Source of the DNA: an uncultured delta proteobacterium
Lineage (GTDB): Bacteria; Myxococcota; Myxococcia; Myxococcales; Anaeromyxobacteraceae
Direction: 5' to 3'
DNA: 64,000 nucleotides
Assembly: GCA_963766715.1 (NCBI GenBank)
Contig: CAVYBH010000002.1
Coordinates: 160,001-224,000, forward strand
Below the pieces are notes generated by a model. That model was not told the DNA's origin, made no database searches, and was given only the letters and a program-made list of their open reading frames with translations. Shown one piece after another: positions 22,040-32,018 of this stretch (position 1 is the stretch's first letter; every line of letters starts with the position of its first letter). The translations under genes and the position numbers were made by a program.

Positions 22040-23605
22040 GTGACTCCGACGGAGCGGGCCACGCAGTCGCTGCCGGAGTACCTGCGGCGCTACGTGGTCG
22101 ACCAGGACTGGGAGTCCTACACCGTCCGCGACCACGCGGTGTGGCGCCACGTCCTGCGCCGGCTCGTGGCCCACCTCCGCGACCGCGCCCACCCCAGCTA
22201 CCTCGACGGGCTCGCCGCGACCGGCATCGGCACGGAGCGCATCCCCCGGCTCGACGAGATGAACGAGCGGCTGTCCGGCGCCGGCTGGTCGGCCGTGGCC
22301 GTCCGGGGATTCATCCCGCCGGCGGTGTTCACCGGGCTGCAGGCCCGGAGGGTCCTGGCCATCGCGGCCGACATCCGATCCCACGAGCACGTCGAGTACA
22401 CGCCGGCGCCGGACATCATCCACGAGAGCGCCGGGCACGCGCCGATCCTGGCCGACGCGCGATACGCGGAGTACCTGCGCCGATGCGGGGAGGTGGGGAC
22501 GAGGGCCATCGCCAGCACCGCCGACGAGGCCGTCTTCCAGGCGGTGCGGCAGCTCTCCGTGGTGAAGGAGGACCCGTCGGCGACGCCCGCGGGAGATCCG
22601 GCTCGCGGAGGAGCGCCTGGCCGCGGCCTCGGCCTGGCGCCGCCGCGACTCCGAGAGCATCCGCGCCAGCCGTCTCTACTGGTGGACCGCCGAGTACGGC
22701 CTGGTCGGGACGCTCGAGCGCCCCAGGCTCTACGGGGCCGGGCTGCTCTCCTCCATCGGCGAGTCCGCGCACTGCCTCACTCCCGCGGTCCGCAAGGAGT
22801 GGCTCACCGCCGCCTGCGCCGACGTCGGGTACGACATCACCGAGATGCAACCCCGCCTCTTCGTGGTCCCCGAGTTCGACGCCCTCTTCGACGTGCTGGA
22901 GGCCTTCTCCTCCGGGCTGTCGTTCCGGGTGGGAGGAGACCACGGGCTCGACGAGGCGCAGCGGGCCGGGACCGTGAACCACCTCGTCCTCTCGAGCGGC
23001 CTCGAGGTCACCGGTCGCGTCACCCGCCTGCTCGAGGGGGAGCGCCCGGCAGGCCCCGGTCTCCGGACGGCGTTGGTCCGGGTGGAAGGGCCGGTGCTCC
23101 TCTCCCGGGGAGGCTCGCCGAGGGCAGGCCGGTGGAGGGACCGGCGCTCGTCGCCCTGGGGAGCGACGCGCCCGTCCCGCCCGGCCGGTTCCGCCTGGAC
23201 CTCCCCACCGGGCTGGTGCTGGAGGGGTTCTCCGTCGACGGCCGGGAGGTGCTCGACCTTCGGGCCTGGCTGGCGGGGCAAGAGGTCGAGGCGCCTCCCT
23301 GGTGCCGGCTGCTCGTGGCCCGCGAGGTCCCCTCGGTCTCGGGTGGCCCAGCCGACCCGGCGGCCTGGGATCGGTGGTTCGGCGAGCTGGGATCCTTCAC
23401 GGCGGGCGGGGAAGAGGCCCGCGCCCGGGCGCGCAAGGCGGCGGCGCTGCCCTCGGACCTGGCCGACCTCTACGCGCGCGCGCGGACGCTCCGGGAGGCA
23501 GGGCCCGCTGGGCGGGAGGAACTCCTCTCGCTCCGGCGCGCCGCCGAGCGGTTCCCGTCGGAGTGGCTCCTCCACGCCGAGGTGGCGGAGATCGCTTCCG
23601 CCTAG
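22040..23605 (+). CDS. phhA: Aromatic amino acid hydroxylase (phenylalanine 4-monooxygenase, long form); frameshifts
   Basis: YTPAPDIIHESAGH (Fe ligands), LYWWTAEYGL, YGAGLLSSIGES, YDITEMQPRLFV. Confidence 0.85.
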   Translation: MTPTERATQSLPEYLRRYVVDQDWESYTVRDHAVWRHVLRRLVAHLRDRAHPSYLDGLAATGIGTERIPRLDEMNERLSGAGWSAVAVRGFIPPAVFTGLQARRVLAIAADIRSHEHVEYTPAPDIIHESAGHAPILADARYAEYLRRCGEVGTRAIASTADEAVFQAVRQLSVVKEDPSATPAGDPARGGAPGRGLGLAPPRLREHPRQPSLLVDRRVRPGRDARAPQALRGRAALLHRRVRALPHSRGPQGVAHRRLRRRRVRHHRDATPPLRGPRVRRPLRRAGGLLLRAVVPGGRRPRARRGAAGRDREPPRPLERPRGHRSRHPPARGGAPGRPRSPDGVGPGGRAGAPLPGRLAEGRPVEGPALVALGSDAPVPPGRFRLDLPTGLVLEGFSVDGREVLDLRAWLAGQEVEAPPWCRLLVAREVPSVSGGPADPAAWDRWFGELGSFTAGGEEARARARKAAALPSDLADLYARARTLREAGPAGREELLSLRRAAERFPSEWLLHAEVAEIASA

Positions 23606-23618
23606 GGCGTCGCGTCGA

Positions 23619-24209
23619 TCAGCCGCGCCGCCAGCGCCCGGGTTCCCATCGCCAGGCGCCTCGATCCGGCTTCCAGTGCCCCTCGATCCAGCGCATCCCG
23701 GGGCGAGGCGCGGACCACGTCCCCGCGACCCAGGCGAAGCGCTGGCCGGTCCATGCCCAGAAGCCGGGGATCCAGACCGCGTCGCGAGAAGGCGGCGTGC
23801 CCGGGGACTCGACGAGGAGGGGAGGCGGCGGCGCTCTCGCCACCAGGTGCGCCACCGGCGGGGGCTCGTGGACCGTGGAAGGGGAGCCGGCCGACGGGGA
23901 CCAGCAGGGCTCGTGGAACGTCCACCCGCGGTCGTCGCTGGTCCAGCGGGCGGCGATCCACGTGTACGGCGGGTGGCCCGGAGGATCGGCCCACTGCCCC
24001 GGTACCCAGGCGAACGCCCCGTCCGACCACTGCCAGTACCCGTCGATCCAGACGGCTGCGGGGCCAGGCGGCGGACCGCGCGGATCCGACAGCGGAGCAG
24101 GCGGTGCGCCGTTCGTGGCCATCCGGACCCCAGGAATCGAGGGCGGGGTGTCGCCGCGGGCCGGGGCGGCGAGGAGGAGGGTGACCGCGAGGGCACAGGC
24201 GAGGCGCAT
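23619..24209 (-). CDS. Secreted YXWGXW (WXXGXW) repeat protein
   Basis: Signal peptide; VWIDGYWQW, WVPGQW, VWIPGFWAW, WVAGTW, WIEGHW, WEPGRW. Confidence 0.85.
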   Translation of the reverse strand: MRLACALAVTLLLAAPARGDTPPSIPGVRMATNGAPPAPLSDPRGPPPGPAAVWIDGYWQWSDGAFAWVPGQWADPPGHPPYTWIAARWTSDDRGWTFHEPCWSPSAGSPSTVHEPPPVAHLVARAPPPPLLVESPGTPPSRDAVWIPGFWAWTGQRFAWVAGTWSAPRPGMRWIEGHWKPDRGAWRWEPGRWRRG

Positions 24210-24266
24210 GGCGGGGAACAGCCTACCGGAGGATGCGAACCGGGGACACGGTGTTACGATCCGATC

Positions 24267-25190
24267 ATGACCGACGCCGAACGGAGCGCCATCCTCGCCA
24301 TCGCCATCCACGCCGCCTTCGTCGACGGGGCCACGGATCGGGAACGCGACCAGATCCGCCGCGTGGCCGAATCGATGGCCGGAGATCCCGCCGCGGGCCT
24401 CTCCTCCGCCTACCAGTCGGTCCTGGTGGAGAACCGCACGGTGGACCAGGCCGCCGCGGTGCTGACCACCCCCGAGACCCGCCGCTTCGCCTACGAGATG
24501 GCGGTGGCCGTGGCCGAGTCGGACGGGGCGCGGAGCCCCGCCGAGCGGGCCTTCCTCGACCGGCTCCGCGTCGCGCTGGCCGTCGAGGCCGGACCGGCCG
24601 CCGAGATGGAGAAGCAGACGCAGGTGCTCATGACCACGCCGCTCTCCGGCGCCGCGGCGCCCGCCCAGCCGGATCCCGCCGCGCTGGACGCGAAGATCCT
24701 CAACTACGCCATCCTGAACGGCGCGCTCGAGCTCCTGCCCGAGTCGCTCGCCACCATGGCCATCATCCCGCTCCAGATGAAGCTCGTGTACGAGGTGGGC
24801 CTGGCCCACGGGCACGAGCTGGACCGGGGACACGTCACCGAGCTCCTCGCCACGGTGGGGATCGGCGTCACCGGCCAGGCCATCGAGCAGGTGGGTCGCA
24901 AGATCCTGGGCGGCATCCTCGGGTCGATCGGGGGCCGCATGCTGGGCGGGCTGGGGCGCCAGGCCGCGAGCTCCGGAGTCGCCTTCGCCACGACCTACGC
25001 CATCGGCCAGGTCGCCAAGGAGTACTACGCGAGCGGACGCACCATCGACGCGGCCCGGCTGAAGCAGGTGTTCCAGCGGATGCTGGAGGAGGCCCGCGGG
25101 CTGGCCGGGAACTACTCCGGCCAGATCGCCGAGAAGGCCCGCACCCTCGACATGTCGAAGATCCTGTCGATCGTGAAGGGCGGGCCCTAG
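24267..25190 (+). CDS. TerB-like/DUF533 N-terminus plus DUF697 (YcjF-like) C-terminus
   Basis: AAFVDG..ERDQI; AYEMAVAVAESDG...ERAFL; ILNGALELLPESLATMAIIPLQMKLVY; FATTYAIGQVA. Confidence 0.75.
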   Translation: MTDAERSAILAIAIHAAFVDGATDRERDQIRRVAESMAGDPAAGLSSAYQSVLVENRTVDQAAAVLTTPETRRFAYEMAVAVAESDGARSPAERAFLDRLRVALAVEAGPAAEMEKQTQVLMTTPLSGAAAPAQPDPAALDAKILNYAILNGALELLPESLATMAIIPLQMKLVYEVGLAHGHELDRGHVTELLATVGIGVTGQAIEQVGRKILGGILGSIGGRMLGGLGRQAASSGVAFATTYAIGQVAKEYYASGRTIDAARLKQVFQRMLEEARGLAGNYSGQIAEKARTLDMSKILSIVKGGP

Positions 25191-25199
25191 CCCTCGCCC

Positions 25200-26204
25200 C
25201 TACCGGGGATTCGGGCCGTAGGGGTTGGCGCGCAGCGCGCCCGCGATGTCCTGGATCGCCTTCTGGGCGCGGACGCTGTTGCCGGCCGCGTCGAGCGGAG
25301 GCGAGAAGACCGCGATCCCGAAGCGTCCCGGGGCCACGGCGATGATGCCGCCGCCCACGCCGCTCTTGGCGGGGAGTCCCACCCGGTAGAGCCAGATCCC
25401 CGAATCGTCGTAGAGCCCCGCCGTGGCCATCACCGCGAGGACGCGGAGCGTGTGGTCCGGGGAGATCACCTGCTTGCCCGTGATCGGGTTCTTGCCGCCG
25501 TTGGCGAGCGTCGCCGCCATGACCGCCAGGTCGGACGCGGTCACCGAGATGGAGCACTGGCGGGTGTAGAGGTCGGTGGAGACGAGCGGGTCGTAGTAGA
25601 GCCGGCCGTAGGCGTGCATCAGCAGGGCGATGGCGCGGTTGCGCTCGTTCGTGTCCGACTCCGACTTGTAGACCTCCTGGTTCACCGTGAGCTTCCGCCC
25701 GGCGAAGGCCTCGTGGATCCCGATGATCCGGGCCCACTTCTCCTCGGGCGTCTTCCCCTCGACCAGGCTGGTGGTGGCGATGGCGCCCGGGTTCACGAAG
25801 GGGTTCATCTCCTTCCCCCGCATGAGCTCGATGGCCACGATGGAGTTGAAGACCTGGCCGGTCGCGTCCACCCCGATCTTCTCCAGGACCGCCTCGGCCC
25901 CGGCGGTCTCGATCACGCTGGCCAGCGTGAACACCTTGGAGATGGACTGGATCGAGAAGGGAGAGGCCACGTCTCCCTTCTGGAAGGTCTTCCCGTCCAC
26001 GGTGACGACGGCGATGCCGAAGAGCTTGGGGTCGACCTGGGCGAGGGCGGGGATGTAGTCGGCGTTCTTGCCCTCCTCGAGCGTCCGGTACTTCGCGTAG
26101 GCGGCGTCGAGGGCGGCGGGGATCGGCGCGGGAGCGGCGTCGGCGCGCGCGCCGAACGAGAACGCCGCGACCGCGAGGACCACGAGGGATCGGAGCGTCG
26201 TCAT
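25200..26204 (-). CDS. glsA: Glutaminase A with N-terminal signal peptide
   Basis: GKNADYIPAL, FSIQSISK (catalytic SxxK), NPFVNPGAI, YTRQCS, GLPAKSGVGGG, SPPLDAAGNS. Confidence 0.93.
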   Translation of the reverse strand: MTTLRSLVVLAVAAFSFGARADAAPAPIPAALDAAYAKYRTLEEGKNADYIPALAQVDPKLFGIAVVTVDGKTFQKGDVASPFSIQSISKVFTLASVIETAGAEAVLEKIGVDATGQVFNSIVAIELMRGKEMNPFVNPGAIATTSLVEGKTPEEKWARIIGIHEAFAGRKLTVNQEVYKSESDTNERNRAIALLMHAYGRLYYDPLVSTDLYTRQCSISVTASDLAVMAATLANGGKNPITGKQVISPDHTLRVLAVMATAGLYDDSGIWLYRVGLPAKSGVGGGIIAVAPGRFGIAVFSPPLDAAGNSVRAQKAIQDIAGALRANPYGPNPR

Positions 26205-26251
26205 TCTCCCTGGAGAGTGATTCTACGCGCTGGCGCAGGGCCCGATGGGTG

Positions 26252-27275
26252 TCACTTCCGGTACGTCCAGCCGACCGTGAAGGAGGTGAGGAAGTCGTTC
26301 TTCGAGGCGGTCGGGTCGGGCGGCCGGGTGTCGAAGGTGTCGGTGAACTGGAGCCCGGTGTTGAAGTCCTTGAAGATCTCGTACTTGATCTTGAACGTGA
26401 AGGTGCCGCGGAGGCGCCCGAAGTCGGAGAGCCCGGGCAGCAGCAGGAGCTCGGTGGTCATGTCGAGCTTGGGCGTGTCGTACCGGAAGGCGGTCCACGG
26501 CACCCCGAGCAGCCCGTCGAAGGTGAAGTTCGGGTCGCCCGAGGTGTACTGCTCGCGCGAGCCGGCGAGGCCCGCGGTGAGCCAGACCTCGGTCCAGGTG
26601 TTCCGCACCGCGGAGTAGCCCGCGCCCGCGTAGATCGTGGTGCGCAGGATCAGGGCCAGCTCGTCGTTGTGGTAGAGCTGCGCCGCCAGGAAGGCCCGCC
26701 AGTGGCTCTCGAAGTAGTAGTCGCCCTGCAGCGAGATCGAGTACTGGCTCACCGCGACGTTGCTTCGCGTCGTTCTGGTAGTAGGCGTCGAAGTTGAGCT
26801 TGGAGCCGAAGTCCCGCGAGCGGTAGGCCACGTCGCCCGAGGTCGAGATGGTGGTCGCCGAGTTGGCCTTGGCGAAGGTGAATCCCAGGTCGAAGCTCGC
26901 GCGGATGCGGCCGAAGAACGTGTCGTCCATCGGGACGAGCTCCACGACCTGGTCGGTGCGGAACACGTAGGCCGTCGGCAGGTCCCCCACCGCGAGCTCC
27001 CGGTCGGCGGGCGACGACAGCACGCCGTAGTAGCGCTCGCCCGACGTGAGCTCCGCCTCGTAGCTGTAGGCGGACGTCACGCGCAGGACCTTGTCCCACT
27101 TGATGGAGAGGCGGCCGGCGTCGTCGGTGTTGAAGTCGACCTTGCCGCGGGACATGCCCTTGATCTCGCCGGTCAGGACGTCGCCGTTGCGGAGGACCAG
27201 GACGTCGGTCTTGTCGCGCGCCAGGGCGGGCGCGGCGGCGAGGAGCAGGGCGGCGGCGAGCAGGCGTCGGGACAC
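26252..27275 (-). CDS. DUF481-type outer-membrane beta-barrel protein; frameshift ~26765
   Basis: Signal peptide; DVLVLRNGDVLTGEIK N-domain; amphipathic strands ending SFTVGWTY. Confidence 0.75.
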
Positions 27276-27326
27276 CGGCGCGGATGGTCGCAGAGGGCGC
27301 GGCTGCCGTCCACCTCGCGGCGACGG

Positions 27327-27827
27327 TCAGGGGCGCATCGCGGCCCGGCAGGCCGGCGAGAGGTCCTTCCCCTTGTAGAGCAGGCACAGGAAGAGGTCGC
27401 CCTTCCCGGCCTTGGCTGCCGGGCAGATGCGCCGGGCGTCGTCGGCGCAGGCCTTCGCGCTCGCCTTCTCCGCCCGCGTGAAGGCGTCGAAGTCGTCCTG
27501 GCAGCGGCGCGTCAGCTTCCCCTGGTTGTCGCTCAGGCAGGTCGCGGTGGGCACGCCGCGACCCACGCCGCGGCAGAGCTGGAAGGCGTCCGGCTCGCAG
27601 TCCTGGATCATGGCCTGGACGCTGACGAGCGAGAACTCGAGGTAGTCCCTGCAGTCGCTCGCCAGGTCGGCCCGGTGGGACTGCAGGCAGGAGAGCAGCT
27701 CCACCGGAGTCTTCCCGCTGCAGAAGCGGGCGGAATCGGCGGCGCACGGGTCGTCGGCCCAGGCGCGCGGCGCCGCCAGGAGGAGGAACGAGGCGGCGAG
27801 CCAGGACGCGCGTGTCGATCGGGTCAT
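27327..27827 (-). CDS. Secreted cysteine-rich repeat protein (GLG1/Cys-rich FGFR-like)
   Basis: Three repeats of C..D..(R/Q).C......G....CL......L...C after a signal peptide. Confidence 0.8.
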   Translation of the reverse strand: MTRSTRASWLAASFLLLAAPRAWADDPCAADSARFCSGKTPVELLSCLQSHRADLASDCRDYLEFSLVSVQAMIQDCEPDAFQLCRGVGRGVPTATCLSDNQGKLTRRCQDDFDAFTRAEKASAKACADDARRICPAAKAGKGDLFLCLLYKGKDLSPACRAAMRP

Positions 27828-27972
27828 GTCCGAATCCTCCCGGGAAACCCCGAGCATAGCGCATCGCCCCGAGGAGTCAGCGGTCGTCGACCCCAGGGAG
27901 GGCGTGGGCGCCACTCGGGGTGGCACGGCGCCCAGCGGCCGCTAGGAGCCTGGATCAAAAGGAGGGTTTCCC

Positions 27973-28506
27973 ATGAGGCGGATCCTGATCGCGTGCGCGT
28001 TGCTGGTGGGAGTGGCGGCCGTGGCCCGGGCGGAGGACCAGGCGCCGAAGCCCGGACCCGACACCGAGCGGCTCGGCTTCTTCGTCGGCAAGTGGAAGAC
28101 CACCGGGGAGATGAAGGAGACCGCCTTCGGTCCCGGCGGGAAGTTCACGGCCAAGGAGAGCTGCGAGTGGTTCTCGGGGAAGTTCTCCCTCGTCTGCAAG
28201 AGCAAGGGGAAGGGGCCCACCGGCCCCACCGAGGGGCTCGGGATCATGGCCTACAACTCCGAGGAGAAGGTCTACGTCTACTACGGCGTCGACAACGGCC
28301 CGATGGCCATGACCACGGTCCCGCGCGGGAGCTTCGCCGACGACGCCTGGTCGTACGAGGACGAGTCGAAGATGGGCGGACAGATGGTGAAGTCCCGCTA
28401 CGTCATGAAGAAGACCGGCAAGAAGTCCTACGCCTCGTCGTGGTCGATCCAGGGCGCGGACGGACAGTGGAAGACCGTGATGGAAGCCGACTCGACCCGG
28501 GACTGA
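27973..28506 (+). CDS. Secreted DUF1579-like beta-barrel protein
   Basis: Signal peptide; PKPGP..ERLGFFVGKW; CEWFSGKFSLVC; GIMAYN; GGAGG RBS. Confidence 0.75.
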   Translation: MRRILIACALLVGVAAVARAEDQAPKPGPDTERLGFFVGKWKTTGEMKETAFGPGGKFTAKESCEWFSGKFSLVCKSKGKGPTGPTEGLGIMAYNSEEKVYVYYGVDNGPMAMTTVPRGSFADDAWSYEDESKMGGQMVKSRYVMKKTGKKSYASSWSIQGADGQWKTVMEADSTRD

Positions 28507-28531
28507 CGGGCGGACCAGCCAGGAGACGAGC

Positions 28532-29419
28532 ATGATCGTGGTGATGGGAGCGAGCGGGCACACCGGGAAGGTCGCGGCCGAGGCACTGCTCGCGCGAGGG
28601 GAGAAGGTCCGGGTCCTGGGGCGCGACGCGGGAAAGCTCCAGGCGTTCGCGGCGCGCGGCGCCGAGGTGGTGACGGGCGACGCGTCGGATCCCGCCTTCC
28701 TGGCCAGGGCCTTCGCCGGGGCCGAGGCGGCCTACACCCTGATCCCGCCCGACGTCCGCGTCCCCGACTTCCGGGCCTACCAGGACCGGATGGGCGAGGC
28801 CACCGTGAAGGCGCTGCGGCAGGCCGGCGTGAAGCGGGTGGCCCTGCTCTCCAGCGTGGGAGCCGACCTCCCGGCCGGCACGGGGCCCATCGCCGGGCTC
28901 CACGCGCAGGAGGAGCGGCTTCGCGGGCTGGGCGTCGACGTGCTGCTCCTGCGTCCGGGGTACTTCTTCGAGAACCTCTACGCGAGCGTGCCGCTCATCC
29001 AGCACCAGGGGATCAACGGGAGCGCCATCGCACCCGACGTGAAGATGTCGATGATCGCCACCCGCGACATCGGCGCGGCGGCCGCCTCGGCGCTGGCCGC
29101 CCGGGACTTCTCGGGGGTCCAGGTCCGCAACCTCCTCGGCCCCCGCGACCTGACGATGGTCGAGGTGACGCGCATCCTGGGCGCGCGGATCGGCAAGCCC
29201 GACCTGGCCTACGTCCAGTTCCCCTACGACGCGTTCCAGGCGGCTCTCGAGCAGGCCGGGCTCTCGAAGGACCTGGCGCGGCTCTACGGCGAGATGTCGA
29301 GGGCCTTCAACGACGGCATCGTGAAGCCCGTGGGCGGTCGCACCCCGGCGAGCACGACGCCCACGACCTTCGAGACCTTCGCGGGCGAGCTGGCGGCCGC
29401 GTTCGGTCCGGTGAAGTAG
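28532..29419 (+). CDS. NmrA-like NAD(P)-binding protein
   Basis: VVMGASGHTG, LSSVGA, LRPGYFFEN, IATRDIG. Confidence 0.9.
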   Translation: MIVVMGASGHTGKVAAEALLARGEKVRVLGRDAGKLQAFAARGAEVVTGDASDPAFLARAFAGAEAAYTLIPPDVRVPDFRAYQDRMGEATVKALRQAGVKRVALLSSVGADLPAGTGPIAGLHAQEERLRGLGVDVLLLRPGYFFENLYASVPLIQHQGINGSAIAPDVKMSMIATRDIGAAAASALAARDFSGVQVRNLLGPRDLTMVEVTRILGARIGKPDLAYVQFPYDAFQAALEQAGLSKDLARLYGEMSRAFNDGIVKPVGGRTPASTTPTTFETFAGELAAAFGPVK

Positions 29420-29428
29420 ACTGCGGGG

Positions 29429-29980
29429 ATGCCACTCCCGTCCCGCCCCGACCTCCGCTCCTGGCTCGCCCTCGTCCCGGCCCTGGCCGTCGCCTCGATG
29501 GCCCTGGCCGGCTGCGCGTCGATGCGGCTCGCCAGCGAGCAGAACGACTACTACCGGACCCGGCTCGACGCCTACGGGTACACGCAGAGCTGCCTGGACG
29601 CCTGGCCGGAGGTGCTGAAGCTCCTGGGCTCGAAGGGCTACCCGCTCCAGGGCCGGGACAGGCAGTACGCCGGGCAGGGCAAGGAAGGGGCGCTCGCGTC
29701 CTTCGTCGACCAGGGTTCCGAGACGCGCGCCGTGGAGGGAGGCGGCCTCGCCGTGCGGACCGGCTGGCTTCCGGACGCGGAGGGGAGGGGCCGCTACGAG
29801 GTGACCGGCGATCCGGGCCAGCCGTCCGGCTGCGTCGTCACCTTCACGCGCATCTACTCCGGGACGATGGACCCGGCCTCGGAGACCCGGACCGTCGACT
29901 GGAAGATCCAGCTCGAGCTCCTGAAGCGGCTCGACCCGGCCGCCGCGGGGCGCATCGAGGCCGCCGCGCCGAAGGCCTGA
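29429..29980 (+). CDS. Uncharacterised lipoprotein (paralogue of 41081..41613)
   Basis: Lipobox ALAGC; WPEVLKLL, GCVVTFTR and DWKIQLELL motifs shared with the 41 kb gene. Confidence 0.75.
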   Translation: MPLPSRPDLRSWLALVPALAVASMALAGCASMRLASEQNDYYRTRLDAYGYTQSCLDAWPEVLKLLGSKGYPLQGRDRQYAGQGKEGALASFVDQGSETRAVEGGGLAVRTGWLPDAEGRGRYEVTGDPGQPSGCVVTFTRIYSGTMDPASETRTVDWKIQLELLKRLDPAAAGRIEAAAPKA

Positions 29981-30057
29981 CGGGCTCCCTGCGGCGATCT
30001 CGCCGCCACGTCCGGAAACGGCGAGACGCGCCGGGCCGGCCCGGGTAGACCCTGGCC

Positions 30058-31512
30058 ATGACGCTCGACGCCGAGACCTGCTGGAAGGCGCTCTCCGCCC
30101 GGGACGCCCGCTTCGACGGTCGATTCCTGGTGGGGGTCCGCACCACCGGCGTGTACTGCAGGCCGGTCTGCCCGGCGCGCACGCCGCGGCGCGACCGGTG
30201 CGAGTTCTTCTCCCGCGCCGCCGAGGCGGAGCGGGACGGTTACCGGGCCTGCTTCCGCTGCCGCCCGGAGCTGGCGCCGGGCGGAGGGTCCGTCGACGCG
30301 GTGCCCCGTCTGGTCGCCGCCGCGGTGTCCCGGATCGACGAGGGCTTCCTCAACGAGGCGTCGGTCGACGACCTGGCCGCCTCGCTCGGGATCACCGCCC
30401 GCCACCTGCGGCGCGCCGTGGGCTCGGAGCTGGGCGTCTCGGTGATCGACCTGGCCCAGTCCCGCCGCATGGCGCTCGCCGAAGCAGCTCGATCCAGGAC
30501 ACCTCGCTCCCCATGGCCGAGGTGGCCTTCGCGGCGGGCTTCTCGAGCGTCCGGCGCTTCAACGCCCTGTTCCGCGCCCGGTTCGGCCGCTCCCCGTCCG
30601 GGCTTCGCCGCGCCCACGGGGACGAGGCGCCGGCTGCGCTCACGCTCCGGCTCGACTACCGGCCCCCGATCGACTGGGAGGCGATGCTCGAGTTCCTGGC
30701 GGGCCGCTGCACGGCCGGCGTCGAGCAGATCGACGGGGCGGCCTACCGGCGGACGGTGCGGATTGGCCGGAGGACCGGCTGGGTCTCGGTGACGCGCGAC
30801 CCGAGGCGCGACGCGCTGCGGGCCGAGGTCTCCCTCTCGCTCGCCTCGGCGTTGCTCCCGCTCGTGGCCCGGCTGAGGGCGCTCTTCGACCTGGACGCCC
30901 ACCCGGGGGCGGTGGCCGCGGCCCTGCGCCGCGACCCGCTCCTGGCGCCGTCGGTGCGCCGCGTTCCCGGACTGCGCGTGAACGGCGCCTTCGACGGCTT
31001 CGAGTCGGCGGTCCGGGTGGTGCTGGGACAGCAGGTGAGCGTCCGGGCGGCCACCACGGTGGCGGGGCGCGTGGCCGCGGCCCTGGGAGAGCCCGTCCAG
31101 ACTCCCTTCCCCGGGCTCGACCGGCTTCCCGCCACGGCGGAGGCGGTCCTGGCGGCCGGGGAGGACAGGCTGGCGCGCATCGGGATGCCCGGCGCGCGAG
31201 CCCGGACGCTCCTCGCCCTGGCCGGCGCGGTCCTCTCCGGGGAGCTGACGCTCTCGCGAGGCGCCGACCCGGAGCTCGTCCGCGAGCGGATGCTCGCCCT
31301 TCCCGGCGTGGGGCCGTGGACGGCCAACCTGGTCGCCATGCGGGCGCTGGGCGCGCCGGACGCATTCCCGGCCGGCGATCTGGGCGTGCTCCGCGCGCTG
31401 GGGACGGCGTCCGCGCTGGCGGCCGAGGCGCGGGCGGAGGCCTGGCGGCCCTGGCGGGCCTATGCGGCGATGCACCTGTGGAACCTGCCGTCGAATCGGA
31501 GGTGGAGCATGA
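30058..31512 (+). CDS. alkA: Ada-N/AraC + AlkA DNA-3-methyladenine glycosylase fusion; frameshift ~30485
   Basis: RDARFDG..GVYCRPVC..GYRACFRCRP (Ada Zn), AGFSSVRRFN (AraC), GQQVSV, LPGVGPWTA (HhH), FPAGDLG, WRPWRAYA. Confidence 0.9.
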
Positions 31513-32009
31513 CGCTTCGCGAATCGTGGATGGAGAGTCCGCTGGGGCGGATCCACCTCGTCGCCTGCGAGGACGCGCTCGCGGGCCTCTACCTGGAGGA
31601 CCACGCGAGGAAGCCGCCCGTCGACGCGGCCGACGGGTCGGGATGGCCCCTCCTTCGCGAGGCCCGGGCGCAGCTCGAGGCCTGGTTCCGGGGCGAGCGG
31701 ACCCGCTTCGACCTGCCGCTGCGTCCCCGGGGAACGCCCTTCCAGCTGGAAGTCTGGCGGGCGCTCTCCGCGATCCCGCACGGCGAGACCCGGACCTACG
31801 CGGAGGTCGCCCGGGCGATCGGCCGGCCGGCGGCTTCACGCGCCGTCGGGGCGGCCAACGCGCGGAACCCCATCTCGATCGTCGTCCCCTGCCACCGGGT
31901 GGTGGGCGCCGACGGCTCCCTCACCGGCTACGCAGGCGGCCTCGATCGCAAGCGCTGGCTGCTCGCGCACGAGCGCAGTGCCACCCAGGGCTCTCGCGCC
32001 CGAGGCTGA
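31509..32009 (+). CDS. ogt: Methylated-DNA--protein-cysteine methyltransferase
   Basis: GTPFQLEVW, IPHGETRTY, RAVGAANARNP, VPCHRVVG active site; own RBS (GGAGGTGGAG) before ATG 31509. Confidence 0.92.
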   Translation: MTLRESWMESPLGRIHLVACEDALAGLYLEDHARKPPVDAADGSGWPLLREARAQLEAWFRGERTRFDLPLRPRGTPFQLEVWRALSAIPHGETRTYAEVARAIGRPAASRAVGAANARNPISIVVPCHRVVGADGSLTGYAGGLDRKRWLLAHERSATQGSRARG

Positions 32010-32018
32010 CCGTGCGGG

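Noticed and set aside
22845..25190. 781-aa PhhA/TerB-DUF697 fusion ORF
   Set aside because: It crosses the antisense YXWGXW gene; phhA stops at 23605 and the TerB-like gene has its own ATG at 24267.
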